Below are positions 52,028 to 61,379 of a stretch of DNA of 64,000 nt, one piece after another (position 1 is the stretch's first letter; every line of letters begins with the position of its first letter). The DNA lies in assembly GCA_965217035.1 (NCBI GenBank), contig OZ244226.1:1532146-1596145 (forward strand), read 5' to 3'. The position numbers and the translations under genes were made by a program. Below the pieces are notes generated by a model. That model saw only the letters and a list, made by a program, of their open reading frames with translations. It ran no database searches and was not told the origin of the DNA. Source of the stretch: Bacteriovoracaceae bacterium. GTDB taxonomy: Bacteria > Bdellovibrionota > Bacteriovoracia > Bacteriovoracales > Bacteriovoracaceae.

Positions 52028-52641
52028 AAAGATATTCCAAGATAAAGATTTAATAATGTTGCTGAAACCTCTAGGTCTTCAATGTCTTCATTTATCCCAG
52101 ACTTAGAGAGTGTAATAATAGAGCTATTTGCGCCTATCCAATCGCATCCAACGGTAAAATTACTCCATTGCCATTGATTCCCAATTCTGAAGTTTACTCC
52201 GATATCCTCAATCTCTGCGAAATCGCGTGTAACCCAATCTTCAATCGAGTTATTATATGTATAGCCCGTGATATCTTTTTGGTTTCTGTAATAAATTCCT
52301 GGTTTTATATAAAAGGAATTTCCAGTAAAAATCTTATAATCAACAGATAAAGCAGAACCACCTTCGGAATCTCTACTATTAAATGAATCATTATCTGGAA
52401 GATCTGTGAATTGAAGGCTGACAACTTCATCTTTATTAATAAAGTATCCAATTTCAATTGCTTTGGTCGGAGCTGACCTATAAGAACCACCGAAAATAGC
52501 AACGTTCACAGTATACTTCTTATTGGCCCTATTTTCTCGGGATTCATCTTTGACTACTCTCTCGTATTCTCCAAGTTCAGCCTTAGAGGTGTTAATAGCA
52601 GTTGTCTAAATGCGGTGCAATACTTTTTCTCTACTTTGCAT
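52024..52641 (-). pseudogene. Small outer-membrane beta-barrel-like gene with a broken 5' end
   Basis: Frame stays open 32 codons upstream of the track's GTG, up to an in-frame TAG (52606-52608); in-frame ATG at 52641; no intact signal peptide; C-terminal LYLGISF beta-signal. Confidence 0.6.
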
Positions 52642-52708
52642 TAATTGCACGTGGTCTAGTTTGGAATTATCAATGGTTAGCCTTCACTATCGGTGATTTA
52701 TCATGGTA

Positions 52709-52736
52709 ATAAACTGGTCCTACAGGACCAGTTTAT
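52709..52736. repeat. Perfect 13-bp inverted repeat covering the mnmE RBS and start
   Basis: ATAAACTGGTCCT-AC-AGGACCAGTTTAT; the right arm includes AGGA and the AT of ATG 52735. Confidence 0.85.
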
Positions 52737-54060
52737 GAATCTAGAGCAATATTTTGAAAATTCCGATGCGATTATCGCTTGTTCTACTGGTGAAATCGAA
52801 AATACAGCACTTTCAGTGATAAGAGTCTCTGGTTCGATAGGACCAGAATTAGTTCAATCTGTCCTTTCTAAAAGTGGTTCCATAGAACCAAAAAGGGCAT
52901 ATCTTACTGAAATTATTAAAGAAAATGAGATTCTTGATGACGTAGTTCTCACCTATTTTCAATCACCAAATAGCTATACGGGCGAAAATGTTTACGAATT
53001 TTCGGTTCATGGGAATCAGATTAATGTTCAGAGGCTCATTTCTTATCTTTCCGAAAGTCTTAATTTGAGAAAATCTGCACCTGGAGAGTTCACCTATCGA
53101 GCTTTGAAAAATAAAAAACTATCGCTTTCTCAAGTAGAAGGGCTAGATCAACTCTTAAATGCAAAATCTGTTTTTGCACTTGATTCGGGAATGGGTTTAT
53201 TAAAAGGTGAACTTCAAAAAGAATTTTTAAAGTTAAAAGAACTTTTTACGGACTTAAAATCTTCAGTGGAGTTGAATACTGATTTTTCTGATGATGTTGG
53301 TGAAGAAACTGGAAAAAAAATTTTTGATGAAAAGTTAAAAGAGTTTTTCGAGCATGTTTTATCACTTAAGCAGCGTGGTTCTATAGAACCAGAAACCTTG
53401 TTAAGACCTTCTATAGGCTTGTTTGGAAGGCCTAATGCGGGGAAAAGTACATTGTTTAATAAGCTTTTAAATCGCGAACGTTCTATTGTTTCTGAGCAAG
53501 CTGGAACAACTCGTGATTATATTTCTGAAACTTTAATGATTGAAAATAATCAATTTGAATTGATCGATACGGCAGGGCTTCGCACTTCATCTGATTCAAT
53601 TGAAATGGAAGGGATAAAGAGAGCGGAAGAAATTCGGGAAAATTGTTTCTTTAAAATTCTTCTTTTAAATTGTTCTGAGGATATAAATGTTAATGGTGAT
53701 TATGATCTTGTTGTCTACACTCACATCGACAAAAACCACCAATCTCCCCTATCAGATGGTTCCATAGGGGCAAATTTATTGGTTGATGATATCTCAGATC
53801 AAATCCTCTTTAGAGTTAATAATAAATTTAGCGAACTCACTAAAAATAGGCCCTTCACAATCCCAAGACATCGCGATCTTGTAAATAAATTATATTTTTC
53901 AACTTGTAATTTCAAAGAGTTGTGTTCTCAAATTGATGATATTGCTGTAATTAGTTCTGAGCTTGGTTCGATTGAGATCACAGTGAACGAATTATTGGGC
54001 CAAGTGAGTACGGATGATGTACTTAAAAACATATTCAATAATTTTTGTATAGGTAAATAG
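52735..54060 (+). CDS. mnmE: tRNA modification GTPase MnmE (start reassigned to MNLEQY)
   Basis: VIRVSG, PNSYTGENV.E...HG, PGEFTYRA, GRPNAGKST, GTTRD, DTAG, C-terminal FCIGK. Confidence 0.96.
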   Translation: MNLEQYFENSDAIIACSTGEIENTALSVIRVSGSIGPELVQSVLSKSGSIEPKRAYLTEIIKENEILDDVVLTYFQSPNSYTGENVYEFSVHGNQINVQRLISYLSESLNLRKSAPGEFTYRALKNKKLSLSQVEGLDQLLNAKSVFALDSGMGLLKGELQKEFLKLKELFTDLKSSVELNTDFSDDVGEETGKKIFDEKLKEFFEHVLSLKQRGSIEPETLLRPSIGLFGRPNAGKSTLFNKLLNRERSIVSEQAGTTRDYISETLMIENNQFELIDTAGLRTSSDSIEMEGIKRAEEIRENCFFKILLLNCSEDINVNGDYDLVVYTHIDKNHQSPLSDGSIGANLLVDDISDQILFRVNNKFSELTKNRPFTIPRHRDLVNKLYFSTCNFKELCSQIDDIAVISSELGSIEITVNELLGQVSTDDVLKNIFNNFCIGK

Positions 54061-55923
54061 ATGAATTATGACTTAATTGTCATTGGTGGTGGCCACGCAG
54101 GTATTGAGGCCGTAAACATGGGCTCAAGCTTTGGTTTAAATACTGCCCTACTTACTATGCCGGGAGTTGGGATTGCCTCAGCGCCATGTAATCCTTGTAT
54201 TGGAGGTATTGGTAAGGGGCAGGTTGTTCGCGAGATTGACTCATTGGGTGGGTTGATGGGAAGACTTGCTGATAAAGCCGGGATTCAATATCGAGTCTTA
54301 AATGAATCAAAAGGCTTTGCTGTTCAGTCAACCCGAGTTCAAATTGATAAAGATCTTTATTCTCAATATGCGGATGAAATGGTCTCCAGTCTTCCAAGCG
54401 TTTCCATAATAAAAGAAAAAGTTTTGAGGATTTGGAAAGAATCTGAAATGTTCCACGTGGAAACATCAGGCTCAGAAAATAATAGCCGGACCTATAGGAG
54501 CAAAAAAGTCATTCTTACTGTTGGTACGTTCCTTAACGGAAAACTCCATTGCGGAAAAACGCAGACAGAAGGTGGTAGAGAGGGTTCTGAATCATCTCTA
54601 AAGATGCAGGAATTATTCGAAGGAATTAGAGTTTTGCCTCAAAGGTTTAAGACCGGAACGCCTGCCAGGCTTGATAGGGCGACGATTTCCTATGAAAAGA
54701 TGGAAAAGCAACCCTCGGATGAGAGAGCAAGAAACTTTCACTATCAAAACTCGCCTTTTCAGCGTAAGTCCAGTCAGCTTGATTGCTATCTAACCTATAC
54801 CAATGAAGAAACTATGGGGATTATTCGAGATAATAAGGAAGACTCTCCAATGTTCAATGGTCAAATTCAAGGAATGGGGGCTCGCTATTGCCCTAGTATT
54901 GAAGATAAAGCCTATCGATATCCTGATAAAAATATTCATCATGTTTTTGTAGAACCTGAAGGGATTGATTTAGAGACTGTTTATCCAAGTGGAATCTCTT
55001 CTTCTCTTCCAAAAGAAGCCCAAGAGCAATTTATTGCTACAATTCCTGGTCTTGAGAAGGCAAAAATCATTCAATATGGTTACGCCGTTGAATACGATGT
55101 TATTGATACAACTCAATTAGATCGAACATTAATGTTAAAATCTTGTCCGGGTCTTTATTTTGCCGGACAAATCAATGGAACCAGCGGATATGAAGAGGCT
55201 GCCGGACAGGGTCTAGTTGCTGGGCTTAATGCTAGCTTGGATTTGCTTGGAAAAGAGACGATTGTTCCACGTAGAACAAATAGCTATATCGGGGTCATGA
55301 TTGAGGACCTCATTACCAATACGAGGGACGAACCTTATCGACTATTTACAGCTAGAGCTGAGAATCGTCTTTATATTAGGGAGGATAATAGCTTCCTGAG
55401 GATGTACCCCTATAGGACCAATTTTGGTTTAAACCTGCCTATAGATGAGCATTTAGCCAGTATGGTTTCACAATTTAATATACTTAATAGCCTGATTTCA
55501 AGAACTGAATACAATGGTTATTTCTATGAAGAAGAACCCTTTGGGCTCAATGAGTTCCTGGTCTCTCAGGAAAGAAAGCTAAGCCTTGGGGAAGTTTTAA
55601 AGCTCGCCTGGCTCAATCCAGTTGATGTTTTAGTCTTTATTCTCGATCGAGAACAGGTTTCAATAAACTGGGACGTTGTAAATACTTGTGCCATTGGAGC
55701 GAAGTATGAGGGTTATATCGAAAGAGCAAATCAGCAGTATTTAAAACTTGCTAAATTGGACAATAAAAAACTCGATCTTCCATTGATTCTGGCTTCAGAT
55801 AACGTTTCTTTTGAATGTAAACGTAGAATAGAGAAGATTTCACCAGAGACCTTTGGTCAACTAAAGCGTATTAACGGTCTTCGTCCTGCTAGTCTGGCAG
55901 TTATTGCAAGTGGTGCCTATTAA
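54061..55923 (+). CDS. mnmG: tRNA uridine 5-carboxymethylaminomethyl modification enzyme MnmG (GidA)
   Basis: IGGGHAG.EA, CNP.IGG.GKG, RFKTGTPARL, RYCPSIEDK, AGQINGTSGYEEAAGQG, EPYRLFTARAE. Confidence 0.98.
   Translation: MNYDLIVIGGGHAGIEAVNMGSSFGLNTALLTMPGVGIASAPCNPCIGGIGKGQVVREIDSLGGLMGRLADKAGIQYRVLNESKGFAVQSTRVQIDKDLYSQYADEMVSSLPSVSIIKEKVLRIWKESEMFHVETSGSENNSRTYRSKKVILTVGTFLNGKLHCGKTQTEGGREGSESSLKMQELFEGIRVLPQRFKTGTPARLDRATISYEKMEKQPSDERARNFHYQNSPFQRKSSQLDCYLTYTNEETMGIIRDNKEDSPMFNGQIQGMGARYCPSIEDKAYRYPDKNIHHVFVEPEGIDLETVYPSGISSSLPKEAQEQFIATIPGLEKAKIIQYGYAVEYDVIDTTQLDRTLMLKSCPGLYFAGQINGTSGYEEAAGQGLVAGLNASLDLLGKETIVPRRTNSYIGVMIEDLITNTRDEPYRLFTARAENRLYIREDNSFLRMYPYRTNFGLNLPIDEHLASMVSQFNILNSLISRTEYNGYFYEEEPFGLNEFLVSQERKLSLGEVLKLAWLNPVDVLVFILDREQVSINWDVVNTCAIGAKYEGYIERANQQYLKLAKLDNKKLDLPLILASDNVSFECKRRIEKISPETFGQLKRINGLRPASLAVIASGAY
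54449..54464. promoter_or_regulatory. Degenerate parS site inside mnmG
   Basis: TGTTCCACGTGGAAAC, 14/16 match to the palindrome TGTTCCACGTGGAACA. Confidence 0.55.
55263..55278. promoter_or_regulatory. parS site inside mnmG
   Basis: TGTTCCACGTAGAACA, 15/16 match to TGTTCCACGTGGAACA. Confidence 0.85.
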
Positions 55924-56546
55924 TGACTGAAATGGATTTTTGTCGGAAATACTTGGATCTTATAACTGGGCCTTATGCAGGGATTAATCTCACAAGAATT
56001 ACCGATCTAGAAGTATTTCAAATCAAGCAATACCAAGATTCTATTATTCCATTTAAAAAAATGTGTGATCCTATAGGGGCAAAAGTTTTTGACATTGGCT
56101 TTGGTGGGGGCTTTCCAATTTTGCCTCTGGCAAATGAGTTTCAAAATATATCCTTTACTGGGATAGAAACTAGGAATAAAAAAGTGAGGATCGTAGGGGA
56201 GATTGCGGAGTCGCTTGGTTTAAAAAATACAAGTTTTATTCATGGCAGATTTGAAGATTTTTTATTTCCAGCTGGCTCTGTGGTTGTAAACAAGGCTGTA
56301 GCGACAGTAAAAAAGGTACTTGATAATATTAACGTCGAAAAAGACGTAACTATCTGTTTTTATAAGGGTCCTAACTTTTTTACATTAGAAGGTAAAGAGT
56401 TGGAGACAATCAGAGAGAATTGGTCCATTATAGCAAAAGAAGAATACAGTCTTTCCAACGGAGATCCTCGAGTGTTTTTTGTTGTTAAATCCAAATCTGT
56501 TCTACGTGGAACAAATCAAAAAAACTTAACAAAATTAATAGGTTAA
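55923..56546 (+). CDS. rsmG: 16S rRNA m7G527 methyltransferase RsmG (GidB)
   Basis: INLTRI, DS, DIGFGGGFP SAM motif, R.E, YKG; between mnmG and parA. Confidence 0.92.
   Translation: MTEMDFCRKYLDLITGPYAGINLTRITDLEVFQIKQYQDSIIPFKKMCDPIGAKVFDIGFGGGFPILPLANEFQNISFTGIETRNKKVRIVGEIAESLGLKNTSFIHGRFEDFLFPAGSVVVNKAVATVKKVLDNINVEKDVTICFYKGPNFFTLEGKELETIRENWSIIAKEEYSLSNGDPRVFFVVKSKSVLRGTNQKNLTKLIG
56498..56513. promoter_or_regulatory. parS site in the 3' end of rsmG
   Basis: TGTTCTACGTGGAACA, the exact reverse complement of the site at 55263; 39 nt upstream of parA. Confidence 0.85.
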
Positions 56547-56552
56547 TTAAAT

Positions 56553-57371
56553 ATGGCGAAAGTTATTGCAATAGCAAATCAGAAAGGTGGTGTGGGTAAA
56601 ACTACAACGGCGATCAATTTAGCAGCTTGCCTCGCTGCAGCAGAAAGAAGAACTTTGATTTTAGACCTGGATCCACAAGGAAATGCTAGCAGTGGCCTTG
56701 GTTTAGATGGAGCAAACTTTGCTTCCGCTAATATTTATCATGCGATTATTGGTGAAGCTCCTATTGAAAAAACCATCTATTCAACAGAGTTATCAACCCT
56801 TGATATCTGTCCATCCGATAATAATCTTATTGGGGCTGAAATTGAATTAGTGAGTGCTTTTGCAAGAGAGGCAAAGTTAAAGAATGCGATTGCTCCGCTA
56901 CTTGATAAGTATGAATATATTATTATTGATTGCCCGCCTTCACTCGGGCTTTTAACTGTAAATGCAATGAATGCATCAACCAGCTTTATTGTTCCATTAC
57001 AGACTGAATATTTTGCAATGGAAGGCCTTACGCAATTATTGAATACTGTACGACTTGTTAAGGCATCACTTAATACAAAGCTTGAAATGGAAGGAATTCT
57101 GCTAACGATGTACGATGCGCGTACAAGTCTTTCCAAGCAAGTTGCAACTGAAATTAAAGAACATTTTAAAGATAAAGTTTTTCAATCGATCATTCCTAGA
57201 AACGTTAAGCTTTCAGAATGCCCGAGTTTTGGTAAGCCCGTCATTCTTTATGATATTAATTCGAAGGGTAGTGAGATGTATTTATCTCTCACAAAAGAGT
57301 TGTTATTAAAACACACCAAAACTCAGTCAAAAGAACAACCAGATATGCTTAATGAAGCGGGAATTATGTAA
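56553..57371 (+). CDS. parA: Chromosome partitioning ATPase ParA/Soj
   Basis: NQKGGVGKTTT, DLDPQGNAS, IDCPPSLG, IPRNVKLSE.PSFG. Confidence 0.97.
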   Translation: MAKVIAIANQKGGVGKTTTAINLAACLAAAERRTLILDLDPQGNASSGLGLDGANFASANIYHAIIGEAPIEKTIYSTELSTLDICPSDNNLIGAEIELVSAFAREAKLKNAIAPLLDKYEYIIIDCPPSLGLLTVNAMNASTSFIVPLQTEYFAMEGLTQLLNTVRLVKASLNTKLEMEGILLTMYDARTSLSKQVATEIKEHFKDKVFQSIIPRNVKLSECPSFGKPVILYDINSKGSEMYLSLTKELLLKHTKTQSKEQPDMLNEAGIM

Positions 57372-57407
57372 TGGCGTGAGCCTTTTCAATATAGGGGAAT
57401 AAAAATT

Positions 57408-58346
57408 ATGGCCGGAAAAAAGTCAGTTTTAGGAAAAGGTTTGGGAGCGCTTTTAAATACAAGCATTGCGACACCTGCAAACATTGAAAAGGCAAAGCAG
57501 ATAATCGATTCAGAGGCTCGTGCCCCGATAGAACCAGCTCCAACAAAGCTGCCTGAAATGCCTAGCTTAGTTGATATAGAGATGATTCGCCCTAATTCGA
57601 ATCAACCAAGAAGAGTCTTTAAAGACGAAGAACTTGTTGAACTTTCAGCTTCAATTAAAGAGAACGGAGTTATCCAGCCATTAATTGTAACTTTTGATGA
57701 AGAAGAAAAAATATTTGAATTGATTGCAGGAGAGAGAAGGCTAAGAGCTTCTAAGCTTGCTGGTCTTGCCAAGGTTCCGGTTGTTATAAAAAGAGCAACA
57801 AAAAAAGATAAGGCTTTGATGGCAATTATTGAGAACGTTCAGCGTTCGGATCTTAATTGTGTTGAAGAAGCACTTGCTTACTTTCAATTAATGGAAGAAT
57901 TTAAGCTTACTCAAGAAGAAGTGGCGAAAAAGATAGGAAAAACTCGATCGACTATTGCTAACTTTTTAAGAATTCTTAAGCTTCCAAAAGAAATTCTTAT
58001 TATGCTTCAAAAAGAAGTTCTCAGCTTTGGGCATGCTAAGGTCCTAGGCGGAGTTGATAATGTAAAAGCTGTTAAATTGGCTAAGCAGGCAGCACTTGAA
58101 TCATGGTCAGTTAGAAAACTAGAAACTGAAATTAAATCAGAAAAGAAAGATAAAACACCTAAATCGCCAGCTGCGAAAAGAAAGCTTGTTTTTAATGAGC
58201 GCTTGGATGCCTATAGACAAAAACTTGAAAGAAAAACAGGTTTTCATTACAACATTAAGACGTCTAAAAATGGAAAGGGTGAGCTCACTATTAAGTTCAA
58301 CGATGAGAAGGAATTTAATAGAATTTTTGAATTTTTAATGGATTAA
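57408..58346 (+). CDS. parB: Chromosome partitioning protein ParB/Spo0J
   Basis: LGKGLGALL, QPRRVF, GVIQP, AGERRLRA, ENVQR.DL, HTH with RSTIANFLR. Confidence 0.97.
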   Translation: MAGKKSVLGKGLGALLNTSIATPANIEKAKQIIDSEARAPIEPAPTKLPEMPSLVDIEMIRPNSNQPRRVFKDEELVELSASIKENGVIQPLIVTFDEEEKIFELIAGERRLRASKLAGLAKVPVVIKRATKKDKALMAIIENVQRSDLNCVEEALAYFQLMEEFKLTQEEVAKKIGKTRSTIANFLRILKLPKEILIMLQKEVLSFGHAKVLGGVDNVKAVKLAKQAALESWSVRKLETEIKSEKKDKTPKSPAAKRKLVFNERLDAYRQKLERKTGFHYNIKTSKNGKGELTIKFNDEKEFNRIFEFLMD

Positions 58347-58347
58347 A

Positions 58348-58683
58348 ATGGAAAATACACTTAACGAAGATCTCACTGCTGTTATCGAGAAGGGTTGTCG
58401 CTTTGAAGGTAATTTGTCTTTTCATGGAATGGTTCGAATAGCCGGAGAATTCACTGGTTCAATTTTTTCAAATGATACCTTGGTGATAACAGATAGCGCA
58501 GTTATCAACGCTGATATTCAAGCTGGAGTTATTATTATTTCTGGAACAGTTAAGGGGAACTTGCAGGCTGGAGCTCGTGTTGAAATGAGACAACCAGCCC
58601 GTTTTGAGGGAACTGTCACGAGTCCCAACCTGATTGTGGAAGAGGGTGTTATCTTCCACGGCGAAACTCGTATTAAGTCTTAG
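58348..58683 (+). CDS. Bactofilin (polymer-forming cytoskeletal protein)
   Basis: IEKGCRFEGNLSFHGMVRIAGEFTGSI...LIVEEGVIFHG beta-helix pattern; 1 nt after parB. Confidence 0.92.
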   Translation: MENTLNEDLTAVIEKGCRFEGNLSFHGMVRIAGEFTGSIFSNDTLVITDSAVINADIQAGVIIISGTVKGNLQAGARVEMRQPARFEGTVTSPNLIVEEGVIFHGETRIKS

Positions 58684-58689
58684 CTAGCT

Positions 58690-59181
58690 TTAAAGCTTCA
58701 AAAGAACTTTTTTATCCTCTTCTTTATTCGAGGTCTCAATGGCCTCAATCATTTCATTATAGTCTTTTGATGTGTTCGAGTATGTTTTAAAAAGACCACT
58801 CAATCCACCTTCTGAGTTGATAATTCCAGCTTTCTTTAACTTTTCTCTATTAAATGTGAGGTCTGTGAGAGATAGGTCACCACCTTTTAACTCTTCTATT
58901 TCAAAGAGAATAAAGCTGTTTAACTGAACTTCAAGATAACTTTTGCTTTTTATAGAGCAAAACTTAATGGCATATTCTTCTGTTTCATTGTCTTCTTTGT
59001 AACTTAGTACGTACTGGCCCTCTCTTTGGCTGATATTTAGAGAAGCAATTCCTTCCTCAGTATTCATGGTGTACTCACCTAAAAAAGAGCGATTATGAAT
59101 CTCGTTTTTACAAAGTGAGGTTTCGTAAACGCATGAAGTCATGAAAGATAGTATTGATATACACATAAGTAGTTTTTTCAT
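58690..59181 (-). CDS. Hypothetical lipoprotein (start reassigned to MKKLL)
   Basis: GAGGAG RBS before ATG 59181, MTSC lipobox. Confidence 0.75.
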   Translation of the reverse strand: MKKLLMCISILSFMTSCVYETSLCKNEIHNRSFLGEYTMNTEEGIASLNISQREGQYVLSYKEDNETEEYAIKFCSIKSKSYLEVQLNSFILFEIEELKGGDLSLTDLTFNREKLKKAGIINSEGGLSGLFKTYSNTSKDYNEMIEAIETSNKEEDKKVLLKL

Positions 59182-59337
59182 ATTTCTCCTCGGTAAAAAT
59201 AAATTAACTGCTCTTATCACATTAAAAATAACGCGGCCAAAAAATATTAATGTTTCATCTGTGATCCGCTTTAATTTTGACTTTTAAATACTAAGGTTCA
59301 AGAATCCCCTGAGCCTGGCTTTTAAAATGGAGTTTCT

Positions 59338-60759
59338 ATGAAATTTTTAATCCTTTCTTTTCTTTGTCTTCCTCAATTACTTTTTGGTTATTCAGTACTC
59401 GTTAGATTTGAAAAACCCTTAAAAGAGAGCATGAGTAAAAATGATTTTCGAAAGTTTAGGTCGAGAACAAAACCAAAGAAAATTAGAAAGATATTAGAAA
59501 TTAAATCTAAAATTGGACTCTATGAATTCGTCTATTCAGACGTTATCTCAAAAAGAACAATTAAGTCTTATAGACGCCTTATTAATGACTTGCCGGGAGC
59601 TCTTTATAGTGTTCCAAACAAAGAGTTAAGACTTAGACAAAATGAAGTTAAAGAGCCTGAATTTAATGATTTATGGAATATAACGAGTTTTGATCGTAAC
59701 GGAACAGTTGCCCTTCCAGCCTGGCAGAAGTTTGGAACACCTTCTAAAAATGCTCTAGGGCACGATGTTGTTACGGCCGCAGTTGATAGTGCTTATGATT
59801 TAAGTCATCGGGCCATGAAAAAGACATGGTTCAAGAATGAAAAGGAAATTCCAGGAAATGGAAAAGATGATGACCATAATGGGTATGTTGATGATTATCT
59901 TGGTTGGAATGCTGTAACGAATAGCTCTGAACTGCCAAAGGATCCAGCGACACATTCTCATGGAACACTTGTTTCATCTTTGATGTCTGGAGATTATGTG
60001 AACAATGAAGAGAGGCATTATTTTAAGGGAATTTCTCCAGCGACTAAAGTGGTTCCAATAGCAACAAACTATCAAGGTCTTGACGTTGCTACTGTTGCTC
60101 GTGCTTATGCTTATGTCATTAAAAATAAAACTCTATGGCTTGAGTCGAAAGGAAAAAAGGGAATCAATTTCGTCGCTACTAATAATAGTTTTGGAATAGA
60201 CATGGAGAGATGCGAAAAAAGCTCTAATCAAATATGGAATGATCTTTATAATGAGTTAGGTAAAGTAGGGGTTATTTCTGCAGCAGCGACAACAAATATG
60301 GATTTTGATGTCGATGCTTATGGTGATGTTCCTACAGGTTGTTCTTCTCCTTTTATCATGTCTGTCGGTAAGCATGGTATAGACCTTGAAACCTGGGGTG
60401 GGAGAGGAGCAAGACATGTTGATCTTTATGCTCCTGGACTGGGAATTGTTGGAGCGTTAAGTAGAGACCGCTTTGCTTTTTTAACAGATGGTGGAACTTC
60501 ATCTGCGACTCCACATGTCGCAGGGGCTGTTGCCTACTTACACAGCATTGCGAGCAAGAGATTCCAGAGAATGTATGTAGATTATCCAGATATGGGTGCT
60601 CTTACGATCAAGCAAATTATCATTAACTCTGTTGATAAAAAGGACGAGCTTCCCTTAAATGTTTCAGGTGGTAAGCTGAACCTCTTTCGGGCCGCTCATC
60701 TTATGAAAGAGCATGGAGAGTCTAGGCTTCGGAAAAATATTAAAAAGCGAAATCAATAA
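59338..60759 (+). CDS. Exported S8 subtilisin-family serine protease
   Basis: Signal peptide, propeptide, AAVDS (Asp), EIPGNGKDDDHNGYVDD Ca-binding insert, HGT (His), GTSSATPHVAG (Ser). Confidence 0.93.
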   Translation: MKFLILSFLCLPQLLFGYSVLVRFEKPLKESMSKNDFRKFRSRTKPKKIRKILEIKSKIGLYEFVYSDVISKRTIKSYRRLINDLPGALYSVPNKELRLRQNEVKEPEFNDLWNITSFDRNGTVALPAWQKFGTPSKNALGHDVVTAAVDSAYDLSHRAMKKTWFKNEKEIPGNGKDDDHNGYVDDYLGWNAVTNSSELPKDPATHSHGTLVSSLMSGDYVNNEERHYFKGISPATKVVPIATNYQGLDVATVARAYAYVIKNKTLWLESKGKKGINFVATNNSFGIDMERCEKSSNQIWNDLYNELGKVGVISAAATTNMDFDVDAYGDVPTGCSSPFIMSVGKHGIDLETWGGRGARHVDLYAPGLGIVGALSRDRFAFLTDGGTSSATPHVAGAVAYLHSIASKRFQRMYVDYPDMGALTIKQIIINSVDKKDELPLNVSGGKLNLFRAAHLMKEHGESRLRKNIKKRNQ

Positions 60760-60860
60760 GAAGTATTTATCGATTATTGATCACATTTTGCAACGCCCAA
60801 GTAGCCTTTGGGCGTCCATTTGTCTTGCCAAAGAGGAAGCAACTTAAAACAACCTTTTTC

Positions 60861-60889
60861 TTGACGATTACGGCCATTACGCATATTTT
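60861..60889 (+). promoter_or_regulatory. Candidate sigma70 promoter for atpF'FHA
   Basis: TTGACG-17 nt-TATTTT, 41 nt upstream of ATG 60931. Confidence 0.45.
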
Positions 60890-60930
60890 TTGGTTCTCTA
60901 ATTTAGCGTAAATTTTAAGGCCCTCGTAAT

Positions 60931-61374
60931 ATGGAAAAAATATCGCAGATTCTTACCCAGCTTGGGATCAATTCCACCATTGGAACTCAGTTTGTTGTTG
61001 TTATAGCTCTCTATCTTATTTCGCGTTTTGCTTTTTTCAAAAGACTTCAAGAAGTCATTGAACTAAGAATTCTCAAAACAAAAAAAGCTGAGGATTCTGC
61101 CCATGAACTTATTGAAAAATTTGAAACTCTTAAAGAAGCCTTTGAGCAAAAAGTAGATTCAACTTATAAAGAAGTTCAAGAAACAAAAAATAATGAAAAG
61201 AAAAATATTGATCAGCAACTCGCTCAAGTTTACAAAACGAACGAGGGTGAAGTGAATGCTTATGTTGAAAGCTCCAAGGCAGAGGTTATGAAAGAGCTTG
61301 AAAAGCAAAGAGAAGCAGTGCTTGGTCAAACAGATGCTTTTGCAAAACAATTAATTGAAAAAATAAAGGCTTAA
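60931..61374 (+). CDS. ATP synthase Fo subunit b' (b-like)
   Basis: One N-terminal TM helix then a coiled coil; first of two b-type genes before atpH. Confidence 0.8.
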   Translation: MEKISQILTQLGINSTIGTQFVVVIALYLISRFAFFKRLQEVIELRILKTKKAEDSAHELIEKFETLKEAFEQKVDSTYKEVQETKNNEKKNIDQQLAQVYKTNEGEVNAYVESSKAEVMKELEKQREAVLGQTDAFAKQLIEKIKA

Positions 61375-61379
61375 GTAAG

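Noticed and set aside
60793..60815. ACGCCCAA...TTGGGCGT hairpin after the subtilase
   Set aside because: No U tract; function cannot be supported.
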